The notes beneath the pieces were generated by a model. The model had not been told where the DNA came from. It saw only the letters and a list, made by a program, of their open reading frames with translations, and ran no database searches. Both the position numbers and the translations under genes were made by a program. This document shows, in pieces, positions 26,589 to 34,140 of a DNA stretch of 64,000 bases (its first letter is position 1; every line of letters starts with the position of its first letter). Origin of the DNA: Syntrophobacter sp. SbD2 (lineage in GTDB: Bacteria; Desulfobacterota; Binatia; UBA9968); assembly GCA_945889495.1 (NCBI GenBank), contig CAMDBU010000004.1, positions 5,176 through 69,175 of the forward strand, in the 5' to 3' direction.

Positions 26589-27209
26589 TTAATCATCGAC
26601 TTGGTCGTTTTCAACCAGGCTTTTGTCGTTTTTTTTCTCCTGCGAAATTACGGCCTTAGATACAGTTACCAGGGCTGGGCGGAGAAGCCGGTCGCGCATT
26701 AGATAGCCCTTTTGATGTTGTTCCATGACGGTATTGGGCGGTTGATCGGCGCTTTCGATCTGGGCGAGCGCTTCATGTTGGGCCGGGTCGAATGGCATGC
26801 CGACTGCCGCCACCGGCTGGACGCCATGCTTAGCAAAAGTGTCGAGAAATCCTTTGAGAACTAGGTCAACGCCTTCAACCAGCGGATTGGTGTCGCTGCC
26901 GCCGGCGGCGTGGGCGATCGCCCGTTCAAGATTATCAATGACCGGCAACAGGTCCTTCACCAAGGTTTCGTTGGCGTAACGGGCAAGCTCCTCGCGTTCG
27001 CGGCTCGAGCGTTTCTTGAAATTGTCGAGCTCAGCAACCTGCCGAACATAGCGGTCATAGTTATTTTTCGCTTCTTCTTCTTTGGCGTTCAATTGGAGCC
27101 GTAGTTCGGTGATTTCGCTTTCTGGCGCCGCGCTATTTTCTTGGCTCACCTCCAGATTGTCTGGATCGATCTCCGCGGTTACCTCGGCTTTGGTAGTTTC
27201 ATCAGCCAT
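26589..27209 (-). CDS. grpE: nucleotide exchange factor GrpE
   Basis: 206 aa with the typical GrpE coiled-coil and C-terminal beta domain. It lies upstream of dnaK. Confidence 0.95.
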   Translation of the reverse strand: MADETTKAEVTAEIDPDNLEVSQENSAAPESEITELRLQLNAKEEEAKNNYDRYVRQVAELDNFKKRSSREREELARYANETLVKDLLPVIDNLERAIAHAAGGSDTNPLVEGVDLVLKGFLDTFAKHGVQPVAAVGMPFDPAQHEALAQIESADQPPNTVMEQHQKGYLMRDRLLRPALVTVSKAVISQEKKNDKSLVENDQVDD

Positions 27210-27243
27210 GTTTAGTGCTAACTCCCCGCTTTATGGTCGCGCA

Positions 27244-27272
27244 AACGTAACCACGACGGTTTCCCCTGTCAA
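27244..27272 (-). promoter_or_regulatory. possible sigma70-type promoter of grpE-dnaK-dnaJ
   Basis: The minus strand reads TTGACA (27272-27267), 17 nt, then TACGTT (27249-27244). It lies about 35 nt upstream of the grpE ATG. Confidence 0.3.
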
Positions 27273-27374
27273 GTTACTCGTGATTAAAAATGCTTGTTAA
27301 ATTAAATAGTTGTCGGGTTCTCGAAAAAATGTTAGGATAGCCTTGCGGGGCTTGTCAGATAACCCGCCCTGTCC

Positions 27375-28154
27375 ATGCGATCGAGCCAAACCACTCCGGC
27401 TATTGTACTGCGTGCTCGCCCCTATGGCGAGTCAGATAAAATAGTTACGTTCTTGACCGAAGGCTTTGGCAAATTGACCGGTATCGCCAAGGGCGCTGCG
27501 CGCTCACGGCGGCGCTTCGTTAATTCCCTCGAACCGTTCTCTTTGGTCGCTCTGCGCTTCGAAGAACGTAGCCATAGCAACCTGGCGTTCATCGCCGGGG
27601 CGGAGCTGTTGTTTGGCATGCGCCAATTGGCCTCGAGCTTGGAGCGAATCTCCTACGCCGCCTATCTGGTGGAGATTACCGATGGCCTGGTGAGCGAGCG
27701 CGAGGAAAATTCCGCGGTCTTTCAGCATTTACGCGATGGTCTGCGCCACCTGGAGCAGATCGGCAGCTCGCTCAGGTTCCTCACCTACTACGAACTCAAG
27801 TTGCTCCATTTAGTCGGTTACCGCCCGGCGTTGGAACTATGTAAGCGCTGTGGCCAAGCGCGTAGCGCTGCCGTCAGCCCATGGTACTTCAGCCCCGCCG
27901 ATGGCGGCATGCTGTGCGAGCCCTGCTCGCGGGTGCGGCGTAACCTTCTGCCCTTGGGCCATGCCGCCGCCGATCTACTATCGATGCTGCAAAGCGATGA
28001 TCATGATCTCACCAGCCGGGTGATCATGCCGGGGTCGGTGATTCGCGAGATGCGCCTGGTTTTGCTGCGCTTTATTCAGTATCAGATGGATCGCGAGATC
28101 AAATCGGCGGCTTTCTTGAATCAGTTCTCCGGGCTCGAAAACGCCGCCACCTAG
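27375..28154 (+). CDS. recO: DNA repair protein RecO
   Basis: 259 aa. It has the N-terminal OB-fold pattern AIVLRARPYGESDKIVTFLT and a CxxC...CxxC zinc motif (CKRC...CEPC). Confidence 0.85.
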   Translation: MRSSQTTPAIVLRARPYGESDKIVTFLTEGFGKLTGIAKGAARSRRRFVNSLEPFSLVALRFEERSHSNLAFIAGAELLFGMRQLASSLERISYAAYLVEITDGLVSEREENSAVFQHLRDGLRHLEQIGSSLRFLTYYELKLLHLVGYRPALELCKRCGQARSAAVSPWYFSPADGGMLCEPCSRVRRNLLPLGHAAADLLSMLQSDDHDLTSRVIMPGSVIREMRLVLLRFIQYQMDREIKSAAFLNQFSGLENAAT

Positions 28155-28196
28155 GATTGTCCCGGGCGGTTTTAGCAACAGCGAGGTTTCACTATC

Positions 28197-30911
28197 ATGG
28201 CAACGAAATCGCGCCTCACTTACTCATTTGGCGCCAGCCGAGCCGAGGGCAATGCCGGTATGCGGGAAATTCTCGGTGGCAAGGGCGCCGGCCTCCATGA
28301 AATGACCCGCATCGGCATTCCGGTGCCGCCGGGTTTTACCATTCCCACCGCGGTGTGCAATTATTTCTATGCCCATCGCCGGCGCTACCCGAGCGGACTG
28401 GAAAACGCCGTTAACCTGGCTTTGCGCAAGGTTGAAAACAACCTTGGCCGGCGCTTCGGCGACGCCGCCAATCCGCTGCTAGTTTCGGTGCGCTCCGGCG
28501 CCCGCGAATCCATGCCCGGCATGATGGACACGGTGCTCAATCTCGGCCTCAACGATGACACCGTCGCAGGTTTAGCCGCACGCACCAACAATCCGCGCTT
28601 CGCTTATGATTCCTATCGCCGTTTCGTTCAGATGTACGCCGACGTGGTGCTCGGTCTGAAATCCACTGACAAGGCCGCCGCCGATCCGCTGACGCAAATT
28701 CTCGACGCCAAAAAAGCGCAACGGGGAGTTCGCCTCGACAACGAACTTACTGCCGTTGATCTACGGGATTTGGTGCGCGCCTATAAGCGCGAGATCAAAG
28801 CGCGCTTGGGTAAAGAATTTCCCGCCGATCCCTACGAGCAGCTGTGGGGCGCCATCGGCGCCGTGTTCGGTTCGTGGCACAACGATCGGGCGATCGCCTA
28901 CCGCGAGCTCTATCATATCCCGCATCATTGGGGCACCGCGGTCAACGTCCAAGCGATGGTGTTCGGCAACCTCGGCGACCACTGCGCCACCGGGGTCACC
29001 TTCACTCGCGATCCGTCCAGCGGCGAAAAAAGTTTCTACGGCGAATTTTTACTCAATGCCCAGGGCGAAGATGTGGTGGCCGGCATTCGCACGCCGCGCA
29101 CCATTGGCGAGCTCGAACAAACCATGCGCAAGGCCTTTGGCGAGCTGCGTCGGGTGTGCCGGCTCTTGGAAAAGCATTTTCGCGAGATGCAGGACATCGA
29201 GTTCACCATCGAGAATCATAAGTTGTGGCTACTGCAAACCCGCACCGGCAAGCGCACCGGCTTCGCCGCGCTGCGCATCGCTGTCGATATGGTTGGCGAG
29301 CGCATCATAAATAAGCAAGAGGCCTTATTGCGGGTGGAGCCGGATCAACTCAATCAACTGCTGCGGCCGATCTTCGATCGCCAAGGCAAACAGCGCGCCG
29401 AGCACGCCGGCGATCTGCTCGGTCGTGGTTTGCCGGCCGGCCCGGGCGCCGCCAGCGGGAGGATCGTTTTTCACGCCGAAGATGCGGTGGCGTGGAACCG
29501 CCGCGGCGAGCGCGTTGTGCTCTGCCGCATCGAAACCAGCCCGGACGATATCCGTGGCATGGACGCCGCCCAGGGAATTTTAACCGCGCGCGGCGGCATG
29601 ACTTCCCATGCGGCGTTGGTCGCGCGCCAGATGGGCAAAGTGTGCATCGCCGGCTGCGAAGCGCTGCAGATCGATTATGCGGTAGGCAAACTGAATGTCG
29701 GCGCCAGCGAGCTGCGCGAAGGCGACTGGATTTCCATCGATGGCAGCAGCGGTGAGGTGTTCCGCGGCGAAATTCAAACCCGGCCGTCGGAGATTCTCCA
29801 AGTCTTACTCACCCACTCGCTCGACAAACGGCAGTCGAAAATCTATCGACAGTTCGCCCAGCTCATGAAGTGGGCCGACCAAACCCGCAAACTCGGCGTG
29901 CGCACCAACGCCGATCAACCCGATCAAGCCGCCATCGCCAAGGCTTTTGGCAGCGAAGGGATCGGTTTGTGCCGCACCGAACATATGTTTTTCCAGGGCG
30001 ACCGGATTCAAGCGGTGCGGGAGATGATCCTGGCCGACGATGAGGCCGGCCGCCGGCGCGCTTTGGCCAAGCTGTTGCCGATGCAGCGGCAGGATTTCAA
30101 AGCGATCCTCGACATCATGGGCCGGTTACCGGTGACCATTCGTACCCTTGATCCGCCGCTCCATGAGTTTTTACCCAAGACCGAAGCGGAAATTCTTGAA
30201 CTGGCGCAGGTGATGGGTGTCGCAGTGGCGACGCTGCGCCATAAGGTCAATGTGCTGCAGGAATTCAATCCCATGCTTGGCCATCGCGGTTGCCGCTTGG
30301 GCATATCCTATCCCGAGATCACCGAAATGCAGGCGCAAGCGATTTTTGAAGCCGCTTGCGAGTTGCGCCGCGAGGGAAAACATCCGTTCCCGGAAGTCAT
30401 GATTCCGCTGGTCGGCTCGCGCCAAGAACTCCGTGAGCAACGGCTGATCGTCGATCGCGTCGCCCAACGGACGATGAAAGCCTACGGCGTCAAAGTTCAC
30501 TATGCCGTCGGCACCATGATCGAACTGCCGCGGGCCTGCATGGTGGCCGACGAGATCGCCGAGGAGGCCGAGTTCTTTTCCTTCGGCACCAACGATTTGA
30601 CCCAGACCTGTTTGGGGCTATCGCGGGATGACGCGGGGAAGTTTCTGCCCAGCTATGTGCTTCAAGGCTTACTGCCGGACGACCCCTTCGTCAGCATCGA
30701 CCGCGATGGGGTGGGTGCGCTTATGCGCATCGCTGTTGCCAAAGGTCGGCAGCGACGTAAGGGATTAGAAATGGGCATTTGCGGTGAACATGGCGGAGAA
30801 CCGCGTTCCATCGAGTTCTGTCACCAGCTTGGCTTGGACTATGTCAGCTGCTCGCCCTACCGGGTGGCGATCGCAAAATTGGCCGCGGCCCAGGCAGCAT
30901 TGCGCAAATAA
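28197..30911 (+). CDS. ppdK: pyruvate, phosphate dikinase
   Basis: 904 aa. It has the phospho-His motif GGMTSHAALVARQMGK and the C-terminal PEP-utilising segment ICGEHGGEP. Confidence 0.95.
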   Translation: MATKSRLTYSFGASRAEGNAGMREILGGKGAGLHEMTRIGIPVPPGFTIPTAVCNYFYAHRRRYPSGLENAVNLALRKVENNLGRRFGDAANPLLVSVRSGARESMPGMMDTVLNLGLNDDTVAGLAARTNNPRFAYDSYRRFVQMYADVVLGLKSTDKAAADPLTQILDAKKAQRGVRLDNELTAVDLRDLVRAYKREIKARLGKEFPADPYEQLWGAIGAVFGSWHNDRAIAYRELYHIPHHWGTAVNVQAMVFGNLGDHCATGVTFTRDPSSGEKSFYGEFLLNAQGEDVVAGIRTPRTIGELEQTMRKAFGELRRVCRLLEKHFREMQDIEFTIENHKLWLLQTRTGKRTGFAALRIAVDMVGERIINKQEALLRVEPDQLNQLLRPIFDRQGKQRAEHAGDLLGRGLPAGPGAASGRIVFHAEDAVAWNRRGERVVLCRIETSPDDIRGMDAAQGILTARGGMTSHAALVARQMGKVCIAGCEALQIDYAVGKLNVGASELREGDWISIDGSSGEVFRGEIQTRPSEILQVLLTHSLDKRQSKIYRQFAQLMKWADQTRKLGVRTNADQPDQAAIAKAFGSEGIGLCRTEHMFFQGDRIQAVREMILADDEAGRRRALAKLLPMQRQDFKAILDIMGRLPVTIRTLDPPLHEFLPKTEAEILELAQVMGVAVATLRHKVNVLQEFNPMLGHRGCRLGISYPEITEMQAQAIFEAACELRREGKHPFPEVMIPLVGSRQELREQRLIVDRVAQRTMKAYGVKVHYAVGTMIELPRACMVADEIAEEAEFFSFGTNDLTQTCLGLSRDDAGKFLPSYVLQGLLPDDPFVSIDRDGVGALMRIAVAKGRQRRKGLEMGICGEHGGEPRSIEFCHQLGLDYVSCSPYRVAIAKLAAAQAALRK

Positions 30912-30988
30912 TTCAATTTAACAGAGGCCTTGCCATTATCCTTCCGCTTGTCACAGATTCTTGTTTTATCGTTTGCGGATACATTTTA

Positions 30989-31017
30989 TTGACAGAAATT
31001 TGGTGATCAACGATAAT
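30989..31017 (+). promoter_or_regulatory. sigma70-type promoter upstream of pilB
   Basis: TTGACA (30989-30994), 17 nt, then GATAAT (31012-31017). The -10 element ends 22 nt before the pilB ATG. Confidence 0.45.
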
Positions 31018-31039
31018 TTGGTACTCGGCATACCAAATT
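31015..31039. promoter_or_regulatory. perfect 9-bp inverted repeat (operator-like) between the -10 element and the pilB start codon
   Basis: AATTTGGTA (31015-31023), 7 nt, then TACCAAATT (31031-31039). A third direct copy, AATTTGGTG, lies at 30997-31005 inside the promoter spacer. Confidence 0.35.
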
Positions 31040-32767
31040 ATGGAACCACGAATCGCGGAACTTTTAGTCAAAGGCGGGATTATTTCCCGCCAACAGCTCG
31101 CCGATGCGCAAAAAGCGGAGAAGGACAACAGCTCCACCGCCGCCAAGGAAATCGTCCGCTTAGGTTTCACCACTGAAGACATTCTCGCCGATTTTCTCGC
31201 CAAACAATTTGGCATCGAGCGAGTTGAACTGGTGCCAACCGAAATCGATGAAGCGGTGTTTGCCGCCGTGCCGCCTCAGATTGTGCAAAAACATCAGCTT
31301 ATTCCCTACAAGCTGATCGGCTCTAGTTTAACCATTGCAGTTGCGGACCCGACCGATCTGGTGGCCATCAATGAGGTCAAGTTCGTCACCGGTTATGGGG
31401 TGCGCACAGTCATCGCTACGCCCACCGGTATAAGAAAGGTCTTGGAGCATCGTTTTGGCGGAGTGAGCTACGACGATGTATTAAAAAAATTCGGTGATGG
31501 CGATATGGAGGTCGTCCAGGAAAGTGACGACGTCAATCTCGCAGAACTCCAGCAAGCCACCATGGATGCGCCGGTGGTCACCTTGGTCAATGCAATTCTC
31601 GCCGATGCCTCCAAGCGCCGCTGCAGCGATATTCATATCGAACCCTACGAAAAAATCTTTCGCGTGCGCTTCCGCATCGACGGTGTGCTCCAAGAAATCA
31701 TGAATCCGCCTCTGCGGCTGAAGAATCCGCTGGTGTCGCGCTTGAAAGTCATGGCGGGCCTCGACATCGCCGAGCGGCGCAATACTCAAGACGGCCGCAT
31801 CAAGCTCAAGATGGGTACCGGCGGCGAGTTGGATATCCGCGTGTCGATCTTGCCGACCTTGTTCGGCGAAAAAGTCGTCATGCGTTTGTTGGACAAGTCG
31901 AACTTACAGCTCGATATGTCCAAGCTCGGTTTCGATCCGCAAAATCTAAAAGACTTTCAGGAAGCGATTCACAAACCCTACGGCATGATCCTGATCACCG
32001 GCCCCACTGGCAGCGGTAAGTCGACGACGCTCTATTCCGCCCTATCGGATCTCAACAAGCCCGATGTGAATATTTCCACCGCGGAGGATCCCGTCGAGTA
32101 CAATCTGATGGGTATCAACCAGGTGCAGGTGCGCGAGCAAGTGGGGCTCAACTTCGCCGCGGCGTTGCGATCGTTTCTCCGCCAGGATCCAGACATCATC
32201 ATGGTCGGCGAAATCCGCGATCTGGAGACCGGCCAAATTGCCATCAAGGCGGCACTTACCGGCCATCTGGTCTTGAGCACGCTGCACACCAATGACTGCT
32301 CCGCCACGGTCGATCGGCTACTCAACATGGGGATTGAGCCATTTCTACTGACTTCCTCGCTCAATCTAATTCTCGCTCAACGGTTGGTGCGAAAAATCTG
32401 TGAAAAGTGCAAGGAACCGATCGAGATCAAGCCCGAAGTTCTCATCAACCTTGGTGTCGATCCGGCTGACATCGGCGTCGGCTTTCCGACTTTCCATGGC
32501 AAGGGTTGCGACAATTGCGTCGGCACCGGTTACCGCGGCCGCTTGGCGGTGTACGAGGTCATGGTACTCCATGAGGTGCTTAAAGAATTGATCTTAAAGG
32601 GGGTGTCAGCCATGGAGCTCAAGCGCGAAGCGGTCAAACTCGGTATGTGCACGCTGCGCATGAGCGCGCTGCAAAAGATTCGCGCTGGGCTCACCACCGT
32701 CGACGAGACGGTTCGTGTCACCGACACCGATAAAGGCTTTGGCTCGGTATTTTCTTTGGGTTTCTAA
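31040..32767 (+). CDS. pilB: type IV pilus assembly ATPase PilB (GspE/T2SSE family)
   Basis: 575 aa. It has the Walker A GPTGSGKST, a tetracysteine motif (CEKC...CDNC) and an N-terminal T2SSE_N/MshEN-like domain. Confidence 0.9.
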   Translation: MEPRIAELLVKGGIISRQQLADAQKAEKDNSSTAAKEIVRLGFTTEDILADFLAKQFGIERVELVPTEIDEAVFAAVPPQIVQKHQLIPYKLIGSSLTIAVADPTDLVAINEVKFVTGYGVRTVIATPTGIRKVLEHRFGGVSYDDVLKKFGDGDMEVVQESDDVNLAELQQATMDAPVVTLVNAILADASKRRCSDIHIEPYEKIFRVRFRIDGVLQEIMNPPLRLKNPLVSRLKVMAGLDIAERRNTQDGRIKLKMGTGGELDIRVSILPTLFGEKVVMRLLDKSNLQLDMSKLGFDPQNLKDFQEAIHKPYGMILITGPTGSGKSTTLYSALSDLNKPDVNISTAEDPVEYNLMGINQVQVREQVGLNFAAALRSFLRQDPDIIMVGEIRDLETGQIAIKAALTGHLVLSTLHTNDCSATVDRLLNMGIEPFLLTSSLNLILAQRLVRKICEKCKEPIEIKPEVLINLGVDPADIGVGFPTFHGKGCDNCVGTGYRGRLAVYEVMVLHEVLKELILKGVSAMELKREAVKLGMCTLRMSALQKIRAGLTTVDETVRVTDTDKGFGSVFSLGF

Positions 32768-32853
32768 TTTTGCGCCAGGCGACGGTTCAGGGCTGAATCG
32801 ACATGCGGTTTGTAAGTTGTCCGAGTGAGCGGAAGCGAAGGGCGAGCTGAATT

Positions 32854-34080
32854 ATGCCGATATTTGTTTGGGAAGGACGAACCGCCCAGGGGCGGGTCAT
32901 CAAGGGCGACACGCTCGACGCGCCGAACCTGGAAGCGGCGCTGGCGCGTCTGCGCGAACAACGGATCCGGCCGATCGCCAACAAAGTGCGCGAAAAGGGC
33001 GCTGGTCTCGACAAAGAACTGACGATCCCCGGTTTCGGACCCACGGTTTCGACCAAAGAACTGTCGGTCGCCACGCGCCAATTGGCGACCATGATCGACG
33101 CCGGCTTGCCGATCGTCCAATGCCTGGAAATTCTCGGCGAACAATCCGAAAACAAGCTACTGCGTCAAACCATTACCGCGATTCGGCGCGATGTCGAGGG
33201 CGGCTGTACGCTCGCCGATGCCTTACGCAAGCATCCAAAAATTTTCGACGATCTCTATGTCAACATGGTGGAAGCCGGTGAAGCCGGCGGTATTCTCAAT
33301 ACCATTCTCAACCGCATCGCGTTGTTCATCGAGAAAGCCAACCGGCTGAAAAAAAAGGTCAAGGGCGCGATGATTTATCCCGTCGCCATCGTCCTGGTGG
33401 CGATCATCGTGGTTGCCGTCTTGATGATCTTCGTCATCCCGGTGTTCGCCGAGCTTTACGGCAGCATGGGCCAAGCGCTGCCGGCGCCGACGCAGATCTG
33501 TATTAACATCAGTAATTTTTTCGTCGCCTATTGGTGGCTCATGTTGGCCGTCGGTGTGGGCATCGTTACGGCGATAAAGCTCTATTACAAAACGCCCCAG
33601 GGCAACTTTAACATCGACGGGATACTCTTGCGCATGCCGGTTATCGGCGATCTGCTGCGCAAAGTCGCGGTGGCGCGCTTTTCTCAAAACATGTCACTGC
33701 TCTTGAGCTCCGGGGTGCCGATTCTCGACGGCTTGGCGATCACCGGCAGAACCGCCGGAAACAAGGTCGTCGAAAAGGCGATTATGGATAGCCGGCTCAG
33801 CATAAGCAAAGGCAACACTGTCGCCGAACCTTTACGCGAAAGCAAAATTTTCCCGCCGCTGGTCTGCCAGATGGTGGCGGTCGGAGAGAGCACCGGTGGG
33901 CTTGACGGTATGCTGCGGAAAGTCGCGGAGTTGTACGAGGAAGAAGTCGACGACGCGGTCAACAATCTAACCGCCATGATGGAACCGGCGATCATGGTCG
34001 TATTAGGCGTGATCCTGGGCGGCTTGGTGGTCGCCATGTACTTGCCGATCTTCCAGATGGGATCATTGGCGGGTGGTTAA
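32854..34080 (+). CDS. pilC: type IV pilus platform protein PilC (GspF/T2SSF family)
   Basis: 408 aa with two T2SSF repeats and 3-4 TM helices. It lies immediately after pilB. Confidence 0.9.
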   Translation: MPIFVWEGRTAQGRVIKGDTLDAPNLEAALARLREQRIRPIANKVREKGAGLDKELTIPGFGPTVSTKELSVATRQLATMIDAGLPIVQCLEILGEQSENKLLRQTITAIRRDVEGGCTLADALRKHPKIFDDLYVNMVEAGEAGGILNTILNRIALFIEKANRLKKKVKGAMIYPVAIVLVAIIVVAVLMIFVIPVFAELYGSMGQALPAPTQICINISNFFVAYWWLMLAVGVGIVTAIKLYYKTPQGNFNIDGILLRMPVIGDLLRKVAVARFSQNMSLLLSSGVPILDGLAITGRTAGNKVVEKAIMDSRLSISKGNTVAEPLRESKIFPPLVCQMVAVGESTGGLDGMLRKVAELYEEEVDDAVNNLTAMMEPAIMVVLGVILGGLVVAMYLPIFQMGSLAGG

Positions 34081-34140
34081 TCGATCGAGCGCGGGACTTG
34101 TGCGCGACTCGGCATGAACTAGCCGATAGAAAGTTGAAAC

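Noticed and set aside
27211-27226. TTAGCACTA on the minus strand just upstream of grpE resembles the left arm of a CIRCE element (TTAGCACTC-N9-GAGTGCTAA).
   Set aside because: The required right arm is absent 9 nt downstream, where the sequence runs into the grpE coding region as AACATGGCTGATGAAACT. No hrcA gene is nearby either. A single half-site is not evidence for CIRCE.
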